Source: Alphaproteobacteria bacterium
GTDB lineage: Bacteria > Pseudomonadota > Alphaproteobacteria > UBA828
Length of the DNA stretch: 64,000 nt
NCBI GenBank assembly: GCA_965220745.1
Contig: CBDCQT010000006.1
Coordinates: forward strand, 64,001 to 128,000
Direction: 5' to 3'
In this document: positions 13,901 through 19,677 of the stretch, in pieces
How the letters are laid out: the number at the start of each line of letters is the position of its first letter
How positions within the stretch are numbered: position 1 is the first letter of the stretch
Notes under the pieces: model-generated
The model's database searches: none
What the model was told of the DNA's origin: nothing
What the model saw: only the letters and a program-made list of their open reading frames with translations
Made by a program: the position numbers and the translations under genes

Positions 13901-16169
13901 CGGCGACACCCGTCACGCTGGAGCCTACGTTCCGGAGATCGACACGCTGGACGCCGAATTCTTCGGTGTCGCTGCCGCCGAAGCCCGCTGCATGGACCCG
14001 CAGCAGCGGATGCTGCTCGAGGTTAGCTGGACGGCTCTGGAACATGCGGGGATCGATCCGCGCTCGCTGAAGGGCAGCCGCAGCGGCGTTTTTGCGGGAG
14101 TGGCTTTCAGCGAGTACCAAGCCTTGATCGCCAGTGCCAAGGAGGACGTTTTTCGGCCCTATGTATACCTTGGGACCAGCCCTAGCGGCTCTGTGGGCCG
14201 GGTTTCCCAGTTCTTCGGCATGGAGGGTCCGGCGCTCGGATTGGACACGGCCTGTTCCTCGGGGATGGTGGCCGTCCATCACGCGATGACGGCTCTACAG
14301 CGGGGAGAGGTGGACCTAGCGCTTGCGGGCGGGGTCAACACAATCCTCGGAATCAGCTTCGATGCGGTGTGGGAGACGGGCATGCTGTCTCCCGACGGAC
14401 GCAGCCGGGCGTTCGATGCCTCCGCCAACGGCTTCGGGCTTGGCGAGGGATGCGCAATGCTGGTCCTTAGACGGCTAGCCGATGCGGAGGTCGACGGCGA
14501 CGGAATTCTGGCCGTTCTGAGCGGGTCCGCGGTCCGACAGACCGGCACTGCCGCCGGCCTGACGGTGCCGAGCCGATCAGTGCAGCAAGGGATGCTTGTA
14601 GAGGCTCTCGGGCGCGCCGGCATCGCTGCGGCCGAGGTGGACTACCTAGAAGCCAGCGCGGGCGGTTCGCTGGTCGGCGACGCGGTCGAGGTAGCGGCGG
14701 CGGCGGCGGTGTACGGCCCGGGCCGGGACCCCACCCACCCCCTACTGCTGGGCTCGGTCAAGCCCAACGTCTCCAACTTGGTTGCGGCGAGCGGGGCGGC
14801 CAGTCTCATCAAGGTCGTCGAGTCCATGCGGCACCGGTGGATTCCGCAGCAGATCCACTTCGAGGAGCCGAATCCCGACGTGGACTGGGAGAAACTTCCC
14901 GTGAGGGTCGTCTCAGAAGGCGTTCCGTGGCCAACTCTTGCCGATCGTCCCATGCGCGCCGGCGTGAGCGCGTTCGGTTTCTCCGGCACGATTGCGCATG
15001 TCGTCGTCGAACAGTACCGGGTGCCGGACCGGCAGGCTGACAGGCGAGTGGACCCGCCTTCAAGCCTCGAGAACCTTGTCCCGCAGGACGCCGGGGCATC
15101 CAAGCACCGCGCGGTCCGGTTCCTGCCGCTGTCCGGAAAGAACCCGACCGCGCTGGCGGAGCTGGCAGAACGGTACCGCGCATGGCTCGCGGGTCGGCCC
15201 GACGAATCGCTGGCCGACTTGGCATGGACCGCCGGGGAGGGACGGGCTCATTTCCCATGCCGGGCCGGCTTGGTGGCGCGGGATCTGAAAAGCTTGGAAG
15301 AACAGCTCGCGGCCGTCGCGGACGGGGTGCGGGGCGTGCATTCCGGGCCTCGGCAAACGGTTGCATTCCTGTTCGGCGGGGTGCCCGCGGCCGGCATGGG
15401 GAGGGATCTCTACGCGACTGAGCCGGTTGCACGGGCGGTGCTGGATCGTTGCGAGCAAGTCTTCAGCGAGGAGCGGAACGCTTCCCTGCTGGAGGTGATC
15501 TTCGGCGACGCGGCGGACACGCCGGACGATCTCGGCTGGGCGGAGCCTGCGCTGGTGGCGCTCGGGGGAGCCCTCTGCGCACTGTGGGAAAGCCTCGGGG
15601 TGCGGCCCGACATTGTCGCAGGGAAGGGCGCGGGTGCAGTGGCTGCTGCTGCTGCGGCGGGAGTCCTCGGACTCGAGGACGCGATGCGATTCGCGGCCCG
15701 CAGGGCCGGCCACCCGGATCGGACGGCGACAGGTCCGGTGCAGGCGGCGCTTGAGGGTCTCCAAGCGAAGGTGCCGGAACTGCCGCTCGTGAATGCCACG
15801 ACGGGCGAAATGGCGGAACAGAGAATCCCGGGGGCCAAATACTGGAACCAGTCAGCTCCCCGCCGGGCGGCCGGGCGCCGGCTGCTCTCCGCCCTTGCCG
15901 CTCACGGAGCGGATGTGCTCGTCGAGGCCGGTCCTGCGGTGATCTCCGGGCGCGCGGTCTCGCGAGCCTTCGGCGCTCGGAAACCACTGCTGCTCGCCAG
16001 TCCCCTGGAGTCGGAAGGCGAGGAAGCTGCCGCCATCACGGCAGGTGTGGCGGCTGCATACGAAGCTGGCCTCGACCTGTCGTTCGCTGGCCTCTTCACC
16101 GGTGAACGCCGACGTCGGCTGCGTATCCCAACGTACCCTTTCCAGAGGGAACGACACTGGATCAGCTGA
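3..16169 (+). CDS. Multimodular type I polyketide synthase, SupA-like (5'-partial, runs in from upstream of the window)
   Basis: Frame open from base 3 (GAGAIVLNGR, mid-KR). Domains by motif: KR, ACP (GMDSL), KS ~1038-2290 (DTACSS, EAHGTGT, GHLE), AT (GHSVG, HAFH), DH (HRVFGNVVAP), cMT (EVGAGTG), ER (LIHAGTGGVG), KR, ACP, KS ~8337-9590, AT, DH with His>Tyr, KR, ACP, degenerate KS (EASAGGS) and degenerate AT (GKGAG). No TE domain. Confidence 0.95.
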   Translation, partial: GAGAIVLNGRRPPDTETEALIAELRQGSAEVRVEIADVTDEEAVAGMLARIDAELPPLAGVIHSVGALADGALTNQDWERFERVLGPKALGAWRLHRATLDRQLDLFVLFSSLAGVVGNRGQANHAAANAFLDQLARHRRALGLPGQAIAWGAWSGIGEAEEQRERIAPRLADSAEEWMSPEQGIGALARLVREDVGTSVAAFVDWAALPSRAPWFAEVAGREEGRSSAVPDDLLKRLAGLAPGQRREELMRFLGEQLVEILRLRSVPLPSAGFFELGMDSLMAVELRNRLNRAFRGAFVVSNTAVFDHPDIARLAEHLAGKLAGAVPEVPRLQALPAVRTRGDERIAIVGMACRFPGAEDAEAFWAQLRSGADLVTRGRPDGLFVDAETEAARPFGAYVEGLDRFDAGFFRIAPVEAELLDPQQRMLLETSWAALEDAGIAPDGLRGSRTGVYGGVSMIDYQTLVAGRRGDPGTDIFRATGATPSAAVGRVAFALGLEGPAITVDTACSSSLVALHQAAAALRAGEADLALAGGVNAILRAEPTKLMTDAGMLAADGRCKTFDSAADGFVRGEGCGIVVLKRLADAEAAGDRILAIVLGSAVNQDGASAGFTVPNGPAQERVIEEALARTGVEAASVDYLEAHGTGTELGDPVEVAAAAAVYGRGRSADRPLLVGSVKTNVGHLEAAAGVAGLIKTVLAIRSGVIPRHLHFKRPNPRTDWENLPVRVTSEPTPWPEAERPRRAAVSSFGYSGTNAHVVIEGYAEEREPPRIELPAPPESGADDRVPQAEAPRQHRLLPLSAKSEGALRQLAGRYQAALSEDMPLADMAWTAGVGRSHFRYRAGLVFQDRASLAEQLEVVRQGAAVSPPAGKIAFLYTGQGSQWAGMGRDLYETEPVFRAVLERCEEVFRAERGRSLLTVIFEDAGRLDCTEWTQPALYALESGLTALWASVGVRPDVVFGHSVGEIAAAAAAGAFDLESGMRFATRRGALMGSLPDGGAMAAVFASRDRVTAALEGAVSLAADNGAHQVVSGPEADIEALLKRFEEDGLRVERLRTSHAFHSELMEPVLAELEATAPSASAPSVRLVSNLSGRTLEGVPDGAYWRRQAREPVQFATAVGTLAELETALLLEIGPHGVLGPMAALAWPQAKVPSMVPSQRRDGNGDFARAVAAAYEAGLDIAFDGLFVGERRRRVSLPAYPFQRERYWTSASPQRQLEAGHALLGVQRDFPDGEHSFERQLHSRDPAWLADHRVFGNVVAPSALYVAQVAEALRETHHELPIVLEETTLTRPLVLSGEEGRLTQVMLGGDGAWKVVSRDAGGRWEKHAEGRWAPLTAAASAATDLGALRDGLAQADVEEGYLKLGAAGLEYGPAFRGLTRLWSGSGEVLGEVLLPAGMEIQDLLAHPALLDACFRVLGTTTTELHGAGDTWLPIGWERFVLRDALPERVFCRALDRGKGEQPRTRKADLWLYAETGEELARIEGFALRQASQSALSGDPVEEVLHEVVWREGAEAGLREAEFLAGPEEIASGLGGLDRYLDAEGRNGASLFSLGHELERASQWQLLSGFRELGWEPKPGDRFETDELRRQLRVTEDHARLFVRLLSVLEEMGLLDREPTGGWRVAAAPDTPSEPEAGLADSIELGLLRRCGESLADVLRGRADALDLLFGGEPGAASLYRDSPAMRALNRMAADAVRAAVAALPEGRSLRVIEVGAGTGATTSAVLDILPSDRTEYTFTDISTGFFPDAERKFGERGVDLRLLALDIERDPADQGFAHHGYDLVIAANVLHATRDLAETLTHCRRLLAPSGVLVAVEETVRKQWLDLTFGLLPGWWRFRDEYRSDYALVPAPVWHQALADTGFVGMSHVELPSGALLLLARGPSEVQARPGRFVLAGAGAFPEALERELRERGQDVVPGPADGRRTSWRSFFRTLDGEVPLWGVVHLEGMRRDAAKLSTADLAGDAEEIGASALALVQGMSDAGAAPVNGTWFVTRGGQVIDRERSGALPGAMLWGFASVVDLEHGDLTPRLLDLDPEAPPSASALADELLFPDRETRVARRGGARLVARLTRVARRGELPEDNAWRWAADPDGVLDAVRMEDASEEPGPGEVRVRLEAAGVNFHDVMVGMQVVDADQRLGSELCGRVVEAGEGVREFQAGDRVVGFAGGAFGPEVITRAEHVVPSPPRHSAAELATIPVAFVTAALAFEHSGLGTGARILIHAGTGGVGHAAIRLARAAGLEVYATASAPKQEYLRSLGVQAVFDSRSTAFGKQILEATGGAGVAMVLNSLSGEGFIEASLSCLAPGGCFVELGKRNIRSAGEMAADRPDVRYLVVALDRLLREEPERLGTVLKGVMERVASGEIEPLPVTRWPLAEAGSALTELQAARHIGKVVLVPSALAAGRLRGDRSYLITGGLGGLGLEVARWLAAAGAGSIVLNGRRPPDTAAAGAVAKLREGGAEVRVEIADVTDEEAVAEMLARIDAELPPLAGVIHSVGALADAALTNQDWERFERVLGPKALGAWRLHRATLDRELDLFVLFSSLAGVVGSPGQANHAAANAFLDQLARHRRALGLPGQAVAWGPWSGIGEAEEQRERIAAGLPLHGEEWIAPEQGILALARLVREDVGTSVVASVDWPTLSARAPWLAEVQGSSEIRSSGDPEDLIRQLRGLAPGERREELIRFLQEQLVQILRLRSAPSPSAGFFELGMDSLMAVELRNRLNRAFRGAFVVSNTAVFDHPDIARLAEHLAGKLPGASPEPARVRALPAVRHQHDKRIAIIGMACRFPGAPDAEAFWKQLRAGADLVTRGRPDGLFVDAETEAARHFGAYVEGLDRFDAGFFRIAPVEVELLDPQQRMLLETSWTALEDAGIAPDGLRGSRTGVYGGISTNDFHALVSQTVGDPSTILYRSTGVSFSTAIGRIAFALGLEGPAITVDTACSSSLVALHQAAAALRAGEADLALAGGVNAILTSSATRIFTEAGMLAADGRCKTFDAAADGFVRGEGCGMVVLKRLADAEAAGDRILAVVLGSAVNQDGASAGLTVPNGPAQERVIEEALVRAGIEASSVDYLEAHGTGTELGDPIEVEAAAAVYGRDRDLNRPLLIGSVKTNVGHLEAASGVAGLIKTVLAIRSGLIPRHLHFERPNPQMDWEQLPVRVTSEPTPWPEAERLRRAAVSSFGYSGTNAHVVIEGYAEEREPPRIELPALPESGADDRVPQADAPRQHRLLPLSAKSEGALRQLAGRYRAALSEDMPLADMAWTAGVGRSHFRYRSGLVFQDRASLAEQLEVVSQGAAASPSAGRVAFLYTGQGSQWAGMGRELYATEPVFRAVLDRCEEVFRAERGRSLLTVIFEDSERLERTEWTQPALYALESGLTALWASVGVQPDVVFGHSVGEIAAAAAAGAFDLETGMRFATRRSALMGSLPDGGAMAAVFATRDRVTAALEGAVSLAADNGAHQVVSGPAADIEALLKRFEKDGLRVERLRTSHAFHSALMEPVLADLEAATPKASAPSVRLVSDVSGRVLEGAPDGAYWRRQAREPVAFAASTATLAELGARILVEIGPDAVLGPMAAMTWPEGESPTVVRSLRRDGSGDFTAAAGAMFEAGVDLSFEGLFAGERRRRVALPTYPFQRRRYWLTTPSRRRIDDGHPLLGVRRDSRSGEVSFETQMSAGNPAWLADYVVVGEVIAPAALFAGQVIEALGETGNDSAVFLEQVQIHHPLVLEPGDGRGVQVFIGPDGRWEVASREPRGGTWQLHADGSLGRSTVEEDRLDLQTVERRLSASSAADFRNGMAQQGIVLGPAFGGLSAFAADDKSAWGRVTRPAQLAGDRLRAHPAQLDACFQVVAGLLAGRVGNRHYLPIGWSRLWLAAPLPEQIFCYARLEEVGEETATADLALYTPDGVRCGHVAGFALKRATRAAMLGGRVDHLLHSVVWRRSPSLPGPREASTAADPDAPATGARPMVPAEAEPHRGVFVVSGNGAVTEELVRELADRRQTVVPGPSESGNRQAWRALFEALPSSAPLRGVAYLAGLRGDGQYLGTEELRQELEAAASGALALAQGMWDAGARAVNGVTLATRGGQVLGGERTGSLAGAALWGLGGVVGVENADLRPRLVDFDPDASIPAAILADELMFPDRENRIAWRNGVRQVARLVRTDGPGDKAQSARGAPQPPASRLRPDRSYLVTGGHGGIGLQVAGWLADAGVGEIVLNGRREPTRRARTVIGELRRRGVTVRVEVADLTDTNAVDAMLARVDAEMPPLGGIFHCAGVLAEAALSDQDWARFETALGPKALSAWHLHRATLDRELELFVLFSSLSGVVGSLGLANYAAANAFLDQLANHRRALGLAGQAIAWGRWSEVGMAEKQRGQSEARLNALGGSWIAPEQGLRILDRVVRDDLGARVVADMGRSTLPRLPLFPLLDEIRASERSLVDTVPAKSAAALGRLEKAAPAQREKLVADFLGNEVRSLLGLDAPPDHDVAFSELGMDSLMAVNLRQRLNAALPREVVSPTALFEHPDVGRLTGHLISELFPAGDSPSPTPTVSERPDSAHVSSSLPRTPGLALAHEGGDRVASPPRASRPNIDDDRVAVVGMACRLPGGTDLAEFWRTLREGRSAVTDGRPEKLGGTGDTRHAGAYVPEIDTLDAEFFGVAAAEARCMDPQQRMLLEVSWTALEHAGIDPRSLKGSRSGVFAGVAFSEYQALIASAKEDVFRPYVYLGTSPSGSVGRVSQFFGMEGPALGLDTACSSGMVAVHHAMTALQRGEVDLALAGGVNTILGISFDAVWETGMLSPDGRSRAFDASANGFGLGEGCAMLVLRRLADAEVDGDGILAVLSGSAVRQTGTAAGLTVPSRSVQQGMLVEALGRAGIAAAEVDYLEASAGGSLVGDAVEVAAAAAVYGPGRDPTHPLLLGSVKPNVSNLVAASGAASLIKVVESMRHRWIPQQIHFEEPNPDVDWEKLPVRVVSEGVPWPTLADRPMRAGVSAFGFSGTIAHVVVEQYRVPDRQADRRVDPPSSLENLVPQDAGASKHRAVRFLPLSGKNPTALAELAERYRAWLAGRPDESLADLAWTAGEGRAHFPCRAGLVARDLKSLEEQLAAVADGVRGVHSGPRQTVAFLFGGVPAAGMGRDLYATEPVARAVLDRCEQVFSEERNASLLEVIFGDAADTPDDLGWAEPALVALGGALCALWESLGVRPDIVAGKGAGAVAAAAAAGVLGLEDAMRFAARRAGHPDRTATGPVQAALEGLQAKVPELPLVNATTGEMAEQRIPGAKYWNQSAPRRAAGRRLLSALAAHGADVLVEAGPAVISGRAVSRAFGARKPLLLASPLESEGEEAAAITAGVAAAYEAGLDLSFAGLFTGERRRRLRIPTYPFQRERHWIS

Positions 16170-16651
16170 GCGGAGTGCCTGCACAAGAAAGACCCCGGGG
16201 ATTCGAGCGCTTCGCACGCGCCAACCCGCCTCCGTCACCATCCGCGGGGACGCCATCGAGATCCGGCTCGGCTACCGAGTTCACGATTTCCTCCTCCGCG
16301 CCGACGGGTTCGACCGCAAGCAGTCCCGCACCCCGGCTCGGAACCCGCAAGCTCCGTTTGGTCGTCCGATACCACGCCCGCTGGCAGTCTCCGTCAGCCA
16401 CCTCCGCGCCCCGGACTCCGCCTGTCGACTCCACCCGCTCCCTGGCGCTAGAATGTCACTTCACGAACTCACCGTGGGTGTTCAGGCTGGACTCCAGCGT
16501 CTCCATTCGGAACGCGTGGACGCCCTGCCGGCGGCTCGCGCTGCTTGCATGTCAGGCAGCTGTGCGGCACACTGCCCGTCGAGCGCAGGGTGGGACCAAC
16601 GACCAGCGGTCGCCCCGCTGCACCCACCGAGATCCGGGGACGAGCCCAACG

Positions 16652-17674
16652 ATGAGTTCCAAGCGTGCCGGACCACCGCCAGCCTCGAACTCGGTCGAGG
16701 CATCCAGTGAGCAGAAGACGGGACTCGCAGCAGTGGGGCAGACGATAGATGCGCGCGGCCACCAGTCTTCCGACCTAGACGTTCCCCGACCCGCATCCGT
16801 CGTCCGTGCCAAGCTCGAGGACGGCGTGTCCGTGCCGGTTCGGCGTTACGGAAATCCAGAAGGTCCGCGCCTTCTGATGAGCCACGGAAACGGGCTCGCG
16901 ATCGACCTCTACTATCCGTACTGGTCACTCCTGCTAGAGCAGTTCGACCTGCTGCTCTTCGATCTGCGCGGTCACGGCCGCAATCCTCCGGGACCGATGG
17001 CCGGGCACACCATACCGGCATTCTCGAGAGACTTGGAGACGATCGGCCAGACGGTGGACCGCTGCTTCGGTGTAAGGCCGAGGGCCGGTGTATTCCATTC
17101 CGTGTCGTGTCTGGCGGCCGCACTGTCACCTTCCCTGGGGGCCTCCTATTCGGCACTCGTGCTGTTCGACCCGCCGCTCTACCCGGCGGGGATGGGGATC
17201 GCTCACCGGATTCTCGAATCCAGCTGCAGCCGCGCTGCGGCCAGAACCCGGATCCGAGTTCACCGGTTTCGCAGCGAGCGGGACTTCGTCGATCTGATGA
17301 AGGTGCAGCCGGCGATGGCGCGGCTCCTTCCAGGCGTGCCCGAGCTCATGGCCCGCACGACACTTCGAGCGGATGGGCAAGGGAGCTATGTATTGCGGTG
17401 TCAGCCCGAGTTCGAAGCGAGAATTCTCGATTCGGTACCGAGGTTCTCGCGCTTGGTGGATCCCGATTTGCTGCCGCTGCCGGTGAAAGTGATCGCAGCG
17501 GACCCGCATCTCCAGCACCATTTCTTCCCCCCGTGCAACTTGGAGGGCACCAAGCTCGTTGACTTCGATTCGCTTTCGGACACGACTCATCTCGCACAGC
17601 TCGAGAGGCCGGAAGAGTGTGCGCGGCTCACGATCGACTTCCTCGGGCGAATCGGCCTCTGCAAGACCGCCTGA
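16652..17674 (+). CDS. Alpha/beta-fold hydrolase (SupD/E-like), candidate PKS release enzyme
   Basis: SHGNG oxyanion motif, FDLRGHG, GVFHS nucleophile elbow and C-terminal His (TTHLAQLERP). Start placed at ATG 16652; the upstream extension to 16175 is low-complexity. True start uncertain. Confidence 0.85.
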   Translation: MSSKRAGPPPASNSVEASSEQKTGLAAVGQTIDARGHQSSDLDVPRPASVVRAKLEDGVSVPVRRYGNPEGPRLLMSHGNGLAIDLYYPYWSLLLEQFDLLLFDLRGHGRNPPGPMAGHTIPAFSRDLETIGQTVDRCFGVRPRAGVFHSVSCLAAALSPSLGASYSALVLFDPPLYPAGMGIAHRILESSCSRAAARTRIRVHRFRSERDFVDLMKVQPAMARLLPGVPELMARTTLRADGQGSYVLRCQPEFEARILDSVPRFSRLVDPDLLPLPVKVIAADPHLQHHFFPPCNLEGTKLVDFDSLSDTTHLAQLERPEECARLTIDFLGRIGLCKTA

Positions 17675-17829
17675 GACTCTACCCCGATTGCGTCACTCGC
17701 AACGGTGATTTCGACCGAAGTCTGGCTCTCCCGGCGAGTCTGATGCTGTAATTACTTGCAAGGTCCCTCTCCATCTGCAGTCCCAATCGCACGCCCGAGC
17801 GCTTGCTGAACAGCGTGCGCCCCCCGCAG

Positions 17830-18295
17830 GCGGCCTTGGACGGCCTGTCTGTGATCCGCACCAGCCAAGGTGATCTGTCGGCGGAAGATGTTGTGCGCAG
17901 CTACAAGCAGCTGACCCGGGTCGAGAGCACCTTCCGCCACCTCAAGACTGTCGACTTGCAGGTGCGCCCGATCCGCCACCACAGCGAGCGCGTGCGGGCA
18001 CACCTGCTGCTGTGCCTGCTGGCGTGCTACGTGGAATGGCGCCTGCGCCAAGCTTTGGCTGAGCTGCTGTTTGAAGACGAAGACTTAGCGGGCTGGCGGG
18101 CGCGGTAAGCAGTGCAAGCAAAGAAGCACCGCCGTCGCACGGCGGAGGGCCTGGAACTGCACAGCTTCCCGAAATTGCTGCAGATGCTGGGCACGCGCTG
18201 TCGCCATCAATGCCGCCCGCAGGGCGACGCCAACGGCGTCACGATGGAGCGGCTGACGGAGGCGAGCGCCTTGCAGGAGCGTGTGCTAGCGCGTC
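17830..18295 (+). pseudogene. IS1634-family transposase C-terminal fragment
   Basis: LDGLSVIRTS...YKQLTRVESTFRHLKTVDLQVRPIRH...VRAHLLLCLLACYVEW, in-frame stop at 18106-18108, then KK...GLELHSF..LL..LGT. N-terminus absent. Confidence 0.85.
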
Positions 18296-18315
18296 AGGAT
18301 TCGGTTAGAGATTGA

Positions 18316-18391
18316 GCATCTGTTGATTTAAACGGTAAGACGCATTCCCCGCACGGATGAATTGCCGGTTCGACTCCGGCCCGTGGCTCCA
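18316..18391 (+). pseudogene. tRNA-like relic (76 nt) with a perfect T-arm and CCA end but a mispaired acceptor stem; pseudo-tRNA or att remnant
   Basis: GCCGG-TTCGACT-CCGGC T-arm, CCGTGGC-T-CCA end, CATTC/GGATG stem with a 7-nt loop, D-loop-like AACGGTA. The 5' acceptor strand pairs at only 4/7 positions. Confidence 0.6.
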
Positions 18392-18410
18392 AAGTCATTC
18401 AGGCCAACGC

Positions 18411-18650
18411 CTAATCCTCCCGCTCCACGAACACGTTCACCAGCGTGTCCACCCGACCCTCCAAACGGGCCATGCGCTCGCGGAGGTCGGCAATGTCGGA
18501 GCGAATCTCCCCGATGTCTTTCCAGTTGGTTTCGATGGAAGCGGCCAGCTGGTCCTGACCGCTCAGGATCATACCGCCGAGCGCGGCGGTAAGGGAGCCT
18601 AGGCCGACTCCCACGCCGACAATCGCGATTATCGTTCCCCGGCCGTTCAT
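18411..18650 (-). CDS. Small TM + coiled-coil protein (LRERMARLEG family, copy 1), 79 aa
   Basis: MNGRGTIIAIVGVGVGLG... hydrophobic N-terminus then a heptad helix. Clear paralogs at 31285 and 46234. Confidence 0.75.
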   Translation of the reverse strand: MNGRGTIIAIVGVGVGLGSLTAALGGMILSGQDQLAASIETNWKDIGEIRSDIADLRERMARLEGRVDTLVNVFVERED

Positions 18651-18655
18651 CGTTT

Positions 18656-18668
18656 GGGAATTATGTAC
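18656..18668 (+). repeat. Orphan terminal-inverted-repeat-like motif GGGAATTATGTAC
   Basis: Identical to the first 13 nt of the MITE left end at 59998; lies 5 nt upstream of the ATG at 18650. Confidence 0.5.
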
Positions 18669-18703
18669 CAAAATCAGCAGGCCCGGCGCTAGAGGGGCGG
18701 CAA

Positions 18704-18952
18704 CTACCCCCGCTTGAACACCTTCCCGCGCTTGGGGCATCGCGAGAGCTTGGAGCCCGCCAGCGTTCCGACGACGCCTCCGATGATCGCGCCGGGGATC
18801 GTTCCGGCCGCGGCTCCAAGCGGGCCGGCCACTATTCCGATTTTCGCCCCGATCAGAGCGCCCGCGGCCGCAAGGCTTCCGCACCCCACGACCGCGCCGG
18901 CCGCCGTGGGCTTGAAAGACTCGCCGCACTGCGGGCACACGACCTCGCTCAT
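18704..18952 (-). CDS. Small glycine-zipper membrane protein flanked by Zn-ribbon-like Cys motifs
   Basis: CPQCG...GAVVG..AAAGALIGAKIGIVAGPLGAAAGTIPGAIIGGVVG...CPKRG; GGAGG RBS upstream. Confidence 0.75.
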   Translation of the reverse strand: MSEVVCPQCGESFKPTAAGAVVGCGSLAAAGALIGAKIGIVAGPLGAAAGTIPGAIIGGVVGTLAGSKLSRCPKRGKVFKRG

Positions 18953-18967
18953 GGTTCGATTCCTCCG

Positions 18968-19339
18968 CTAGAGTGGGTCGGCGGGCTGTTCGGGCGTCGG
19001 CGCAGGCCGCTCAGCGGCGGGAGGAGCCGAGGCGGGGCGGCCGCGTTCCAATACGCCGCAGTCGTGGAGCATTAGCAGCGCAACGCCTACGAGAATCCCG
19101 ACACCCACGTTCCGCACCACCCGCGAGCGCTCTTCAAGGCGGGCTATGTCGGGCCGTACGTCGGGCATCGAATCGATCTTCTTTTCGAGGCTCTCCTGTT
19201 TCGCCTCGACCCTGCCCAGCGACTTCATGATCGTGAGCAGGGCGCCGAACACATCCCGCCCGTTCCCGCCTCCGGGAGGGGCGGGCGGCTCTGGCGGCCG
19301 GGTTATAGGCTCCTGATCGTGGCCGTTCGTCCTATCCAT
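18968..19339 (-). CDS. Hypothetical protein, coiled-coil plus C-terminal TM helix
   Basis: LGRVEAKQESLEKKID...IARLEER followed by a hydrophobic helix. Start overlaps the stop of the upstream gene, consistent with an operon. Confidence 0.7.
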   Translation of the reverse strand: MDRTNGHDQEPITRPPEPPAPPGGGNGRDVFGALLTIMKSLGRVEAKQESLEKKIDSMPDVRPDIARLEERSRVVRNVGVGILVGVALLMLHDCGVLERGRPASAPPAAERPAPTPEQPADPL

Positions 19340-19607
19340 CTTGCGCGTCCTTGACTTCGAGCCATTGCCACACCGATGCGTTGGCGCGGCCGTAGTACCC
19401 CGCCATCGGAACTATGATGATCTGAGGCCGAAGGAGCGGGTCAGGTTGGGTCAGGGCCTTCCAAACCTCAAAGCTCGACCGGAGTCCCGATCGGCTGACC
19501 ACCCAAGTACTACTGTTGACCTCGAAACTCTCATCGGGCTCGAATGCGGAACTGACGAGTTCTGTTAGGTCGTCCCCCGCAGCAGCCACCACTAGGAATG
19601 CAGTCAT
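19332..19607 (-). CDS. Hypothetical 91-aa protein, possible small ferredoxin-like fold
   Basis: Natural-looking beta-alpha-beta pattern (FLVV...STWVV...IIIVPMAGYYG...VWQWL); first gene of a 3-gene operon. Confidence 0.7.
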   Translation of the reverse strand: MTAFLVVAAAGDDLTELVSSAFEPDESFEVNSSTWVVSRSGLRSSFEVWKALTQPDPLLRPQIIIVPMAGYYGRANASVWQWLEVKDAQDG

Positions 19608-19677
19608 CTTCTTAGCCAGCTCTCAGCGTAGCATCGCGGCAGTGTACCACCTTCCGGCCGCTTATTACAGAAAATCG

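Noticed and set aside
115-16000. Many long alternative-frame and antisense ORFs over the PKS (e.g. 6558-8255, 10005-11285), and 61497-63956 on the minus strand
   Set aside because: Shadow ORFs of GC-rich codon usage with no motifs; the real gene at the right end is on the plus strand from 61563.
16175-16651. 159-aa N-terminal extension of the hydrolase ORF, or a separate small ACP gene in this gap
   Set aside because: Low-complexity Ser/Pro/Arg sequence, and no ACP DSL motif seen in the listed ORFs.
17748-17770. GTAATTACTTGC, resembling another IS66 end
   Set aside because: No partner repeat or IS66 coding sequence nearby.
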